The notes under the pieces are model-generated. The model was given only the letters and a program-made list of their open reading frames with translations, was not told where the DNA came from and made no database searches. The position numbers were made by a program, and so were the translations under genes. Shown here in pieces: positions 9,453 through 19,151 of a stretch of DNA of 64,000 nt (within the stretch, counting starts at the first letter, position 1; each line of letters begins with the position of its first letter). This DNA is from an uncultured virus (IMG/VR IMGVR_UViG_2852300590_000011) (taxonomy: Duplodnaviria; Heunggongvirae; Uroviricota; Caudoviricetes). The stretch is from the IMG/VR virus record IMGVR_UViG_2852300590_000011. The stretch is one strand, 5' to 3'.

Positions 9453-10477
9453 TGAAATTACTCTTAACGCCCTATATTCAGTCTGACCTTGGCGTTGTTT
9501 TATTGAAGCCTGGAGCGGAGTTGCTTAAGCAATTTAAACCACATTCGCGCGTGATTATTAGCGATGTACCAAAAAGTTTAGATAAATGGCCTTCTGGGGC
9601 ATTAACAGGAAATGAACAGCCATTATTGGATAACAAGGGCATTGTTGATTTTTTGAATAATAAAAAAGTTCTCCAAGCTATGGGAGGATTGTCATCGATG
9701 AATATGTGGATAGGCAGAAATATCCATTGTTGTCAGATTAACGATAAGCATGACAGTTATCATCATCATGAATTAACAACCACATGGCATAAAGACGGTG
9801 TGATACGGACTTGTTGGTACCATGATAATCATATTCGCCATTCATCAGCTGAGTGGGTTGCTGAATTGGCTCATAAAAATCGTATTGCTTGGATGGTAGA
9901 CACTATTCGCAGTCGTTTAAGATTGGATAATGGCCACCAGCTGACAGTACCCGATTTTTTCTCATTTGCTGTGATGCATAAACTGGTTGATGAATTACCT
10001 GATGCGATATTACGTCAAATTTTGGATTGGTCTGAAAAACCTAAAGAGCGCAGGGTACATGGTGGTTTTCCTGAAGCAGATATTATTCCAAGCAATGTAA
10101 CAGCACTATCAACAATGAATGAACGATTAGACATGATAAGACCAGTCATAAAAGTTGCTATCGATCCTGAGCCACTAGCGTCATTCCTTTTGAAACCTAA
10201 AATGCAACGTTGGGAGAATTCCCAATGGCTTCAATGGGTGAAAACACAGCCTTGTTGTGTTTGCGGACAACAAGCTGACGATCCACATCACATTATCGGC
10301 CATGGTATGGGAGGTATGGGAACGAAAGTTCATGACTTATTCACTATTCCATTATGTCGGCAACATCATGATGAGTTACATCGTGATCCCAAGTTGTGGG
10401 AAGCCACTTATGGCAATCAAATCGAATTGTTATTTTCTTTTCTAAATCGTTCATTAGGAATAGGGGCATTGGTTTAA
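9452..10477 (+). CDS. DUF968 (YdfU-like) protein
   Basis: WVKTQPCCVCG..ADDPHHIIG.G.GG...HDLFTIPLCR.HHDELH. Confidence 0.88.
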   Translation: MKLLLTPYIQSDLGVVLLKPGAELLKQFKPHSRVIISDVPKSLDKWPSGALTGNEQPLLDNKGIVDFLNNKKVLQAMGGLSSMNMWIGRNIHCCQINDKHDSYHHHELTTTWHKDGVIRTCWYHDNHIRHSSAEWVAELAHKNRIAWMVDTIRSRLRLDNGHQLTVPDFFSFAVMHKLVDELPDAILRQILDWSEKPKERRVHGGFPEADIIPSNVTALSTMNERLDMIRPVIKVAIDPEPLASFLLKPKMQRWENSQWLQWVKTQPCCVCGQQADDPHHIIGHGMGGMGTKVHDLFTIPLCRQHHDELHRDPKLWEATYGNQIELLFSFLNRSLGIGALV

Positions 10478-10504
10478 CGTGTATACGGCACGGGGAGCAT
10501 TAGT

Positions 10505-10903
10505 ATGAGAGATATGCAGGAAGTTTTATCGCGTTGGGGAGCGTGGTCAGCTAATGAGGGAAATAGTATCGATTACTCATCAATTGCCGCAGGTTTTAAA
10601 GGGTTGATTCCAAGTTCAAGACGAAGCCAAGAGCAATGTTCAGATGATGATGGCTTAAAAATCAATAAAGCGGTATTACATTTAAAGATAAATAATAGTT
10701 ACTTGTTTCAATTGGTTATTATGTACTATGTGAAGAATTATCCTTTGCGTTCAATGGCTTCAAAACTCGGTATTTCGCATAATGAAGTGGCTAAGCGATT
10801 ACAGGCAGCGGAAGGATTTATTGAAGGGTGTTTATCGGTTGATAATGTAAAATTAGATATGGATAAAATAATTAAAAAATACCCTATTTATAGTCTTGCG
10901 TAA
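10505..10903 (+). CDS. Q: Late antiterminator Q
   Basis: MRDMQ.VL.RWGAW...DYS.IAAGFKG...CSDDDG...AEGFIEGCL. Confidence 0.88.
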   Translation: MRDMQEVLSRWGAWSANEGNSIDYSSIAAGFKGLIPSSRRSQEQCSDDDGLKINKAVLHLKINNSYLFQLVIMYYVKNYPLRSMASKLGISHNEVAKRLQAAEGFIEGCLSVDNVKLDMDKIIKKYPIYSLA

Positions 10904-10930
10904 TTACAAAACACAATATATTGTATTAAT
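10895..10930 (+). promoter_or_regulatory. Putative late promoter pR'
   Basis: TTGCGT followed by TATATT/TATTGT directly at the Q stop, the usual position. Confidence 0.45.
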
Positions 10931-11037
10931 AATGGTTTTGATATTACATGGTTTATCTATTAAGAAAAGCTCGTGAGTATAACGAGGTTGTGTTTTTTAG
11001 AGGTGCACGTAATCTGATTTACAGCTAAAAAATAAAG

Positions 11038-11245
11038 TTTGCTATCTGAATTTTTCTATGGCTTAATAGCGTCACTGGTTTGGAAGTACAGACCTATTTA
11101 TGTTAGTAAGTTTAAAGTTGTTCCCATTTAGCGTTATCCTCGATACCTCTTCATTGTGAATTCCTTCTAATTAATACCCATAAGTAAAAATACAAAACAA
11201 ACCGCCTATGCCTTATGGCAAATTAAATAAATTAAGGGAAATTCT
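11038..11245 (+). promoter_or_regulatory. cspA-type promoter and long 5' UTR (cold box/thermosensor)
   Basis: TTGC...TGGCTTAAT...GGTTTG..GTACAGACC...GTTATC...GATACC...GCC....GGCA follows the E. coli cspA leader as recalled. Confidence 0.7.
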
Positions 11246-11458
11246 ATGTCTAATACAATGACTGGTACAGTAAAATGGTTTAACGATGATAAAGGTTTTG
11301 GTTTCATCACTCCTAAAGATGGAAGTAAAGATGTATTTGTACATTACTCTGCAATTCAGAGTGATGACTTCAAATCTCTGATGGAAGGCCAAGAAGTTTC
11401 ATTTACCATGGAAAATGGTATGAAAGGCCCAGCAGCAGGCAACGTGGTGGCTCTCTAA
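11246..11458 (+). CDS. csp: Cold-shock protein (CspA family)
   Basis: [15 protein letters not shown] (RNP1) and DVFVHYSAI (RNP2). Confidence 0.96.
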   Translation: MSNTMTGTVKWFNDDKGFGFITPKDGSKDVFVHYSAIQSDDFKSLMEGQEVSFTMENGMKGPAAGNVVAL

Positions 11459-11465
11459 AGGCGCT

Positions 11466-11606
11466 ATTACTATTTACCTCTATTTTAAATGCCCTTGTTG
11501 TCGCGGTTCACAATATAGAACATCACAATTTGATGTCACAGTGAACAATCCGCACGGCGCAAAATGTATCTTTTGCAAAAGTGTGATGACAGCTCAAATG
11601 AGTTGA
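11466..11606 (+). CDS. ymcF: YmcF/YnfQ-like cold-shock small protein with ATT start
   Basis: ITIYLYFKCPCCRGSQYRTSQFDVTVNNPHGAKCIFCKSVMTAQMS, 7 nt after the csp stop; no ATG available for the start. Confidence 0.8.
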   Translation: MTIYLYFKCPCCRGSQYRTSQFDVTVNNPHGAKCIFCKSVMTAQMS

Positions 11607-11627
11607 GCATTAAATAGTTGAATATAC

Positions 11628-11660
11628 AAAACCTCGCTTTGGCGGGGTTTTGTTTTTTTT
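11628..11660 (+). terminator. Intrinsic terminator of the csp-ymcF unit
   Basis: AAAACCTCGC-TTTG-GCGGGGTTTT followed by a T run. Confidence 0.75.
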
Positions 11661-11859
11661 AAATATATTTATAATTATTAATTAAAAAATTTGTTGGAAG
11701 TTTTTCGTTTTCATTGATTGTTTGTTTATATTCAAGATGAAATTTATTGTTATCCTATAAGAATAAACCTGCAGTGTTTAACTAATAATTAAAATAATAA
11801 ACAGGTATTCTTATCTCTACTATACTCATAATATTCAATTTATAGAGCGAGTATATATA

Positions 11860-12381
11860 ATGATTGATTTGTTTAAGTTAACGAAAAAAAGTTCTAGGCA
11901 TATTGGTATAGCAATATATGTTGGTATTATAGCGGGTATCTTTTCAGCTTTAGTTAAATCTGGTTTTGAAGACCTAATTCCCCCGAGAACACTTGAAACG
12001 ACACCCCCGCCAGTCGTCTTACTCGAAAAGCTTGGATTAAATATAGATACTATGACTTATCATTGGATGGGATATAGTATTAATTGGGGCGGTAATGGTG
12101 TTCATATATTATTCTCAATAGTTATCGCTGTGACATATTGTGTTATTGCTGAATTCTTGCCAAAGGTTAAATTATTACACGGTATTTGTTTTGGTATTGG
12201 CGTTTCTGTTTTTGCTCATGGTTTAGTCGTACCTCTACTAGGATTGTCTGGCTGGCTTTGGACAGCAGGTTATCAAGCATTAATTTCTGAGTTTGTTGGA
12301 ACCGCTTTTTGGATCTGGTCAATTGAAGCGATTAGACAAAATTTGCGTTATTGTTTAACTAAAGAAAATGATGCTGAGTAG
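11860..12381 (+). CDS. YagU/DUF1440-family inner-membrane protein
   Basis: GIIAGIFSALVK.G.E..IPPR...PP...HILFSIV.A..YC..AE..P...SE..G...WIW.IE.IR. Confidence 0.82.
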   Translation: MIDLFKLTKKSSRHIGIAIYVGIIAGIFSALVKSGFEDLIPPRTLETTPPPVVLLEKLGLNIDTMTYHWMGYSINWGGNGVHILFSIVIAVTYCVIAEFLPKVKLLHGICFGIGVSVFAHGLVVPLLGLSGWLWTAGYQALISEFVGTAFWIWSIEAIRQNLRYCLTKENDAE

Positions 12382-12527
12382 ATAAGGAAGTTCAACCTTA
12401 ATCTGTTATAAATTTCTTAAAGATCGCTTAGGCGGTCTTTTTTCGTATATGCCGACCACAGAATCAATCACCCTCGTTATCACGTTCACACAAGAGCTGT
12501 GAGTCGGCACCTTATTAACTAAATAAA

Positions 12528-12962
12528 TTGGTAAATGTTATGTCAAAAGAGATAAGCGAATTACAGTTTAGTCTTCACTATGCCTCAGAAACAGACAGTG
12601 AAAAGAATACCTCCATCATTTTAACGGCGAATATCCATACGGCTGATGGTGAAACTCAACAACTGACACAATTAATTTGCACGACATCTTCCGCAGGTAA
12701 AAAGCAATATCGAATCGGCTTGCAAAAAATTAGTGATGCTGGTGCTCCATTGCTGGTGGCGATTGAATCCTATTGGCGCAAAAACACACAAGAGAGTTGT
12801 GTTTATTTGTTAGAGAAAGCGAAGCAATTTATTCAAGGACACTTACAACAAACGAATACATGGATATCTATGTATGGTCTTGTGATTGTTTCTAATGCGT
12901 CACTGGAAGAACAGTTGCCTGAAGGTTTATTAAAGGCACTTAAAGTATCAATCCCCGCCTAA
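12528..12962 (+). CDS. Hypothetical protein upstream of the lysis cassette
   Basis: Intact ORF, likely ATG at 12540; no recognised motif. Confidence 0.6.
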   Translation: MVNVMSKEISELQFSLHYASETDSEKNTSIILTANIHTADGETQQLTQLICTTSSAGKKQYRIGLQKISDAGAPLLVAIESYWRKNTQESCVYLLEKAKQFIQGHLQQTNTWISMYGLVIVSNASLEEQLPEGLLKALKVSIPA

Positions 12963-13015
12963 TTTTTTTAACACTTTCACACTAATCATCAACGGACACT
13001 CCTCTGGGGGTGACT

Positions 13016-13285
13016 ATGCGTATGGAAAAATTAACCAATGTAACTTATGGAACAGCAGGCCTAACGGCCTTTTTTGCCAGTCTTTCGTTATATGAATGGG
13101 GATTTGTTATCGGGATGGCGTTCAGCATGGTTCTCGGTTTAGCCACTTACTTTATGACTCGTCGAGAACAACGAAAACGCACTCAATTATTTGAAAAGCT
13201 TGTTCGTCATGTTGACCCACAAAACCCGACCGAAACCTTAAAAAAGCTTGCTGAATTAATGGTGAAAGCGCCAAAGGATATTTAA
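13016..13285 (+). CDS. Holin with dual-start Met-Arg-Met
   Basis: ATG-CGT-ATG at 13016/13022, two TM segments, basic C-terminus, directly before the endolysin. Confidence 0.82.
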   Translation: MRMEKLTNVTYGTAGLTAFFASLSLYEWGFVIGMAFSMVLGLATYFMTRREQRKRTQLFEKLVRHVDPQNPTETLKKLAELMVKAPKDI

Positions 13286-13755
13286 TGTCTCTCAAACAGA
13301 AAATAGCGGTGATAACAACAGCAGGAGCAACAGCCATCGCGTTAGTAGTAATAGCCCATTTTGAAGGTGTACGTTATGAACCTTATCGTGATGTGGCAGG
13401 TGTTCTAACTGTTTGTTATGGACATACAGGCAAAGACATTATTCAAGGCAAGAGATACACACAACAAGAATGTGATGCGTTATTACAAATCGATTTTATT
13501 AAGACACAACAGCAAGTCGATGCATTAATCAAAGTATCACTCGATGACTACACCAAAGCTGCTTTATATTCCTTTGCTTTTAATGTGGGTACAACCGCAT
13601 TTGCTCGCTCAACATTACTCAAGAAGCTAAACGCTGGTGATAGAGCGGGTGCCTGTGAAGAAATGAAACGTTGGATATATGCAGGCGGAAAGGTCTGGCG
13701 AGGGCTTGTCAGTCGTCGAGAAGCGGAGTCAGCACTATGTCATGGAAACCTTTAA
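13285..13755 (+). CDS. SAR endolysin (GH24 lysozyme)
   Basis: Ala/Gly-rich N-terminal SAR helix; FEG...PYRD..GV.TVCYGHT catalytic triad. Confidence 0.92.
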   Translation: MSLKQKIAVITTAGATAIALVVIAHFEGVRYEPYRDVAGVLTVCYGHTGKDIIQGKRYTQQECDALLQIDFIKTQQQVDALIKVSLDDYTKAALYSFAFNVGTTAFARSTLLKKLNAGDRAGACEEMKRWIYAGGKVWRGLVSRREAESALCHGNL

Positions 13756-13895
13756 TCATCATTATCAGCTTTATCCTTGCATTACTCATTACAGTCGCTG
13801 GTGGCATTTATCTCTTGATTGATAACTCATGTACTAAAGACCAAGTGAGTTTAGAAAAGCGCTGTCAGATAGCTCTCTCACATCATCGGTACTAA
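13737..13895 (+). CDS. 52-aa single-TM protein inside the lysis cassette
   Basis: MSWKPLIIIISFILALLITVAGGIYLLIDNSC...C...; GGAG upstream; ends 2 nt before Rz. Confidence 0.6.
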   Translation: MSWKPLIIIISFILALLITVAGGIYLLIDNSCTKDQVSLEKRCQIALSHHRY

Positions 13896-13897
13896 TC

Positions 13898-14359
13898 ATG
13901 AAATACGGGAAACTCTATGCCGTTATTACGATGGTAGGCATCATTGTGGGAGGCTATTGGGTGGTTAATTGGCAAGCTAATAGGATTAATTCACTGACAG
14001 ATATCAACAAAAAACTGGCCGTAGCTCTTGAAGAACAGAAGTCTATTAATACTGATTATCAAGCACGCATAATGCGGTTAAACCAACTGGATATTCAATA
14101 TACGCAGGAGTTAGCGAATGCCAAGAATGAAATTAGTCGCTTGCGTGATATTAGCGAGCGTCATCCTGAGCGGGTGTATATCAAAGCCGAGTGCCCAAAA
14201 AGCAAAACCACTTCCGCCACCAGCTTGGCTTATGCAACCACCGCCCGACCTACTGACACCGCTATCCGAAATTATTGGTTACTCAGAGAACGAATTGCAG
14301 AGTCAGAGCAAATGATTAAAGGGTTGCAGGATTATATCAAACAAGAATGCATGGAATAA
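13898..14359 (+). CDS. Rz: i-spanin (Rz)
   Basis: N-terminal TM, coiled coil, RNYW.LRERI...GLQDYI..EC. Confidence 0.9.
   Translation: MKYGKLYAVITMVGIIVGGYWVVNWQANRINSLTDINKKLAVALEEQKSINTDYQARIMRLNQLDIQYTQELANAKNEISRLRDISERHPERVYIKAECPKSKTTSATSLAYATTARPTDTAIRNYWLLRERIAESEQMIKGLQDYIKQECME
14118..14315 (+). CDS. Rz1: o-spanin (Rz1) lipoprotein embedded in Rz
   Basis: Lipobox LSGC and Pro-rich PLPPPAWLM. Confidence 0.88.
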   Translation: MPRMKLVACVILASVILSGCISKPSAQKAKPLPPPAWLMQPPPDLLTPLSEIIGYSENELQSQSK

Positions 14360-15196
14360 AAAAGCCCAGCATGGGAGGCTGGACAATACTAACAATATAT
14401 TGTTTCATATGGGTATAGTTAGACTTATTATTATAACTAAAGTAAATATATATGCTAGTTTATTGTGTTTAATTATTTATTTTTATTTGATTAATAGACG
14501 TAAGATAAAAAATAGCCCTATGATTTAATGTTCATAGGGCGGTTAAAATGAAGCAAAAAGTAAATATCAATCATTTCCAATTATATAATTATTATTTCTT
14601 TATGCAATAGAATATATTGTATTTCTGTTATATTAGTAGATTAAAAAATATATTTAATTGTAATATGTCATATAGTATCTATTTGATGTAAGTGTCTCTT
14701 TAGAGGTAGATAGTATTCCACTCTATCTGAACTCCCGATGGAATAAATAACGATGTGTAATCAAAAGTTAGTCGTACTTTTACTCGCTGATGGATCATGT
14801 AAACAAGTTGATATCACGGACATGTACTAATGACATGAGCATAAATACTCCAGATATCTATTTAGATAATAGTGACTGCTCGTCATTTGTACTGGGTTAG
14901 GGGGGCAGTAGATTTTGATGAAAAAAAACTGTAAGAGAGATTACAGGGCTGAAAAACATAAATATATTTATATATCTTTTTGAAACAGAAAGCGCCGCAT
15001 TGTCGCTGTCTCCTATGTTAGCTATGACCTGTTTTATTCTCGACAGAGAGCACATAGTGAGAATCAAAAACAACGAATACCACCGTTTTGTTATTTTCGG
15101 TCATTATCAGCAACGTCAGCTGTAGGTAGAAGAAGGGGCGTGACGATGGAGAGACATCATCTACAAACGTCATTCATTGATTGGTGTATACAGATA

Positions 15197-15226
15197 GCCA
15201 TCAGTTAACCACTGGTGGCTTTTTTA
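15197..15226 (+). terminator. Intrinsic terminator before the HNH gene
   Basis: AGCCATCAGT-TAACC-ACTGGTGGCT followed by a T run. Confidence 0.65.
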
Positions 15227-15254
15227 TTGCGGAAAATTTGTAATGGAATAAATC

Positions 15255-15593
15255 ATGAAAAAACGTAATGTTTATGGTGGGCGCTGGGCTAAGGTGCGAT
15301 TAGCGTTTCTTAATGAACATCCGCTCTGTGTCATGTGCGAAGAACAAGGACGTATTACTGCTGCCACAATAGTTGACCACATTATTCCGCATCGTCTTAA
15401 AGAAGCACTTGAATCAGGCGATAAAGAACGTATCGCAAAAGCTCAAGCCTTATTCTGGGATACAAAGAACTTTCAAAGCTTATGCGAACTGCATCATAAC
15501 TCAACCAAACAACGTATCGAAAAGAGTGGCAAAGTCATTGGCTGTAATGCGGATGGCATTCCACTCGATCCCAATTCTCATTGGCATCAATAA
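15255..15593 (+). CDS. Terminase-associated HNH endonuclease
   Basis: PLCVMC...VDHIIPH...NFQSLC..HHN, just upstream of terS. Confidence 0.9.
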   Translation: MKKRNVYGGRWAKVRLAFLNEHPLCVMCEEQGRITAATIVDHIIPHRLKEALESGDKERIAKAQALFWDTKNFQSLCELHHNSTKQRIEKSGKVIGCNADGIPLDPNSHWHQ

Positions 15594-15711
15594 CACCATG
15601 AAATACAGGGTGGGGGCGGGGTAAAAGTTCAAACACTTTCGCCCTGATTACCTAGCGCCCTCATTTGTGCGCACAACCGCGAAATGAAAAGTTTTTTTCT
15701 GGGAGGTTCCG

Positions 15712-16179
15712 ATGGCAGGAAGACGCCCGAAACCGACCCACTTGAAGGTGGTCACCGGTAATCCGGGAAAACGAAAACTCAACGATAAAGAACCCCAACC
15801 CAAACGTGAAATTCCAAGCCCACCCGAACATTTAACGGATTGGGGGAAAATGGCGTGGGCAAAATTAACCTTATTACTCGATGGAATGGGTGTTTTAACC
15901 GTGGCTGACACGCTGGCATTAGAACGGCTGTGTGATATCTACGCCGATATTCTTCAATTGCGAGACACCATTGCCATTGAGGGGCGGACATACACCACAA
16001 AAACGCAATCAGGGGATTTTTTAATTAAAGCGAATCCTGCTGTTGCCATGTTGGCCGATGCAGATCGCCGTTTTAAAAGTTATTTAGTCGAGTTTGGTTT
16101 AACCCCTGCCGCTCGCTCGAAGGTGAATATGGATGGTGGAGAAGAAGAGGAAGATCCGCTCAACCAATATTTCGGTTGA
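15712..16179 (+). CDS. Terminase small subunit (P27 family)
   Basis: GRRPKPTHLK...GNPGKR; EFGLTPAAR. Confidence 0.92.
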   Translation: MAGRRPKPTHLKVVTGNPGKRKLNDKEPQPKREIPSPPEHLTDWGKMAWAKLTLLLDGMGVLTVADTLALERLCDIYADILQLRDTIAIEGRTYTTKTQSGDFLIKANPAVAMLADADRRFKSYLVEFGLTPAARSKVNMDGGEEEEDPLNQYFG

Positions 16180-17866
16180 TCCCGCAACACAATACGCGCA
16201 AGACGTGCATCAAGGCAAAATCTTAGCGGGGCCTGATATTCGTCATGCATGTGCACGTCATCTCAAAGATTTAAACGAAGCCGAGCAACGAGGATTAGTC
16301 TGGGATGTCGAGGCTGTCAAAAGGGTGATCGATTTTTTCGCGAAAGTCTTAAAGCTCAATGGCGGGGAACATGAAGGCAAACCGTTTATTTTATTGCCTT
16401 GGCAATGCTTTGTGATTGGCTCCATTTTTGGCTGGAAAATGACTGATGGTACACGGCGATTTCGCATTGTGTACGTTGAATCAGGTAAAGGTTCAGGAAA
16501 ATCACCGATGGCGGGTGGCGTTGGGTTGTATTGTTTAGTCGCCGACAGTGAACCGCGTGCTGAAGTGTATGCGGCAGCCACGAAAAAAGACCAAGCCATG
16601 GTTTTGTTTCGTGATGCGGTGGCAATGGTTGATCAATCTCCCGCATTAAGTCAGCGGATCACCAAATCAGGCGGAACAGGCAAAGAGTGGAACTTGGCTT
16701 ATTTGAAAACGAGTTCATTCTTTCGTCCGATTAGTTCGGATGATGGGCAATCAGGGCCTCGTCCCCATTGTGCGTTGATTGATGAAATTCATGAGCACAA
16801 AAATAATACCGCCGTCGAGATGATGCGAGCGGGTACAAAAGGTCGGCGGCAAGCCTTGATATTTATGATCACCAACAGTGGCCATGATAAAACCAGTGTG
16901 TGTTATGACTATCATGAATACGGACGAAAAGTCGCCGAAGGAACTATCGAAGACGACAGTTTCTTTTCCTATATTTGCTCACTGGATGAAGGCGATGATC
17001 CCTTTAAGGATGAGTCTTGCTGGGGGAAAGCCAATCCATCACTGGGCTACACCTTTTCTGATCGCTATTTGCGCGAGCAAGTGACACAAGCTCGAGGTAT
17101 GCCCGCGAAAGAAAGCATTGTGCGTCGGCTTAATTTTTGTCAGTGGGTGGATGCCGATAATCCGTGGATTAACAGTGAAACATGGATGCAGTGTGAAAAC
17201 ACGTTCACATTCGATGACCTTCAAGGTGAAGAGTGTTATGGCGGACTGGACTTATCGGGAACCAAAGATTTAACCGCATTAGCCTTGTATTTTCCTAGTC
17301 TCAAACGTCTTTATGTCGAATTTTGGACACCCAAAGACACTTTATTGGATAGAGCGAAAACCGACCGAGTGCCTTACGACTTATGGGTAAGGCAAGGTTT
17401 TATGCATACCACGCCAGGGAATGCGGTGAGATATGAATTTGTGGCAGAACGCATTGCTGAAATGGCGATGCACGTCAGCATGAGAGCCATTGCCTTTGAC
17501 CCTTATCGCATTAAATACCTTGAACCCAAACTCGATGACGCGGGTGTGACGGTTCCTTTAACTCCGCATGGCCAAGGATATTACAAAGCCAAAGATTCAG
17601 GGCTGTGGATGCCACACTCTATCGAACTGTTTGAACAGCTCATTGATGACAAGAAGATTGAGATCCACACCAATCCTTGTTTGAGATGGAATGCTGCATC
17701 CGCTGTGCTTGAGGCTGACCAAAAAGATAACCGCGTCTTTGCCAAGAAAAAAAGCACCGGTCGAATCGATGGTGTGGTGGCCTCTGCAATGGCGATTGGT
17801 GCTGCGGAAGGTGAGGTTGATAATGGCAACCTTGATGATTTTTTCTCTAACCCATTGAGTATGTGA
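16133..17866 (+). CDS. Terminase large subunit
   Basis: Walker A GKGSGKS, Walker B LIDEIHEH, GLDLS, RIDG. Confidence 0.95.
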   Translation: MVEKKRKIRSTNISVDPATQYAQDVHQGKILAGPDIRHACARHLKDLNEAEQRGLVWDVEAVKRVIDFFAKVLKLNGGEHEGKPFILLPWQCFVIGSIFGWKMTDGTRRFRIVYVESGKGSGKSPMAGGVGLYCLVADSEPRAEVYAAATKKDQAMVLFRDAVAMVDQSPALSQRITKSGGTGKEWNLAYLKTSSFFRPISSDDGQSGPRPHCALIDEIHEHKNNTAVEMMRAGTKGRRQALIFMITNSGHDKTSVCYDYHEYGRKVAEGTIEDDSFFSYICSLDEGDDPFKDESCWGKANPSLGYTFSDRYLREQVTQARGMPAKESIVRRLNFCQWVDADNPWINSETWMQCENTFTFDDLQGEECYGGLDLSGTKDLTALALYFPSLKRLYVEFWTPKDTLLDRAKTDRVPYDLWVRQGFMHTTPGNAVRYEFVAERIAEMAMHVSMRAIAFDPYRIKYLEPKLDDAGVTVPLTPHGQGYYKAKDSGLWMPHSIELFEQLIDDKKIEIHTNPCLRWNAASAVLEADQKDNRVFAKKKSTGRIDGVVASAMAIGAAEGEVDNGNLDDFFSNPLSM

Positions 17867-19134
17867 TGACAGATAAACAATATTCAATCGATTTGCGCAC
17901 TAATCATGGTTGGTTTGCGCGTCTGGCTTCCTTCTTCGTTGGGGGAAGACTCGTGACACCTGAACAAGGTTCACAATCAGGCGTTATCTCAGCGCAAGGC
18001 TCACTTGGTGATTCTTCTGTAAATGATGAGCGAATACTCCAAATATCAACGGTTTGGCGTTGTGTTAGCTTAATTTCGACGTTAACGGCTTGTTTGCCAC
18101 TGGATGTGTTCGAAACGGATAAACAGGGAAATAGAACCAAAGTCGATTTAAGTCACCCATTGGCTCGATTACTGCGATATTCGCCCAATCAATATATGAC
18201 GGCTCAAGAATTCCGAGAGGCAATGACTATGCAGCTTTGCTTTTATGGTAATGCTTTCGCGTTGATTGAGCGAAATAAAGTCGGTGATGTGATCAGCTTG
18301 CTTCCTCTGTTGTCTGCCAATATGGATGTGCGCATGGAGGGGAAGAATATTATCTATAAATATCAGCGTGATCATGAATTTGCGAAATTTAAACAACATG
18401 AAATTTTTCATTTAAAAGGGTTTGGTTTTAATGGGTTAGTTGGATTGTCGCCTATTGCTTATGCATGTAAGACAGCAAGCACGGCCGTTGCGATGGAAGA
18501 TCAACAACGTGAGTTTTATGCCAATGGGGCTAAGTCTCCTAAAATTCTAACAACGGGTGATAAGGTATTAAATAAAGAGCAACGTAGCCAACTTGAAGAG
18601 AATTTCAAAGAAATTGCGGGTGGCCCCGTTAAAAAACGATTGTGGATCTTAGAAGGGGGATTTCAAGCACAAGATATTGGCGTTAGTCCTCAAGATGCAG
18701 AAACAATGTCTTCCCGAAAATTTCAAGTCAGTGAATTAGCGCGTTTCTTTGGTGTTCCACCGCACTTAGTCGGTGATGTTGAAAAATCAACAAGCTGGGG
18801 AACAGGTATTGAACAACAAAACTTAGGCTTTCTTCAATATACCTTACAACCCTATATCTCCCGATGGGAAAATTGCATTGCGCGTTGGCTTCTAAAACCA
18901 CCCGAAGTGGGAAAATACCATGCTGAACATAACCTTGATGGATTATTGCGTGGCGATTCCACTTCACGCGCCGCGTTTATGAAAGCGATGGGAGAATCGG
19001 GGCTAAGAACCATTAATGAAATGCGGCGGCTCGATAATTATCCTCCTCTTGAAGGTGGAGATGTCGCTTACCGGCAAGCACAATATTTACCGATTAACCA
19101 ACTCAATAAGGAGCCTCACGAAAGTGGGGCTTAA
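17863..19134 (+). CDS. HK97-family portal protein
   Basis: GNAFA, IFHLK...GLSPI, ARFFGVPPHL, TINEMR. Confidence 0.95.
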   Translation: MMTDKQYSIDLRTNHGWFARLASFFVGGRLVTPEQGSQSGVISAQGSLGDSSVNDERILQISTVWRCVSLISTLTACLPLDVFETDKQGNRTKVDLSHPLARLLRYSPNQYMTAQEFREAMTMQLCFYGNAFALIERNKVGDVISLLPLLSANMDVRMEGKNIIYKYQRDHEFAKFKQHEIFHLKGFGFNGLVGLSPIAYACKTASTAVAMEDQQREFYANGAKSPKILTTGDKVLNKEQRSQLEENFKEIAGGPVKKRLWILEGGFQAQDIGVSPQDAETMSSRKFQVSELARFFGVPPHLVGDVEKSTSWGTGIEQQNLGFLQYTLQPYISRWENCIARWLLKPPEVGKYHAEHNLDGLLRGDSTSRAAFMKAMGESGLRTINEMRRLDNYPPLEGGDVAYRQAQYLPINQLNKEPHESGA

Positions 19135-19151
19135 TTATTTATGGGGGTTCA

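Noticed and set aside
14232..14289. Near-identical Rz/Rz1 patch shared with 53503-53560 as proof of recombination
   Set aside because: Dual-frame coding constrains this stretch, so identity alone is not diagnostic.
15594..15711. Exact cos site of prophage 1
   Set aside because: The position between HNH and terS is plausible, but I cannot define the cut sequence by eye.
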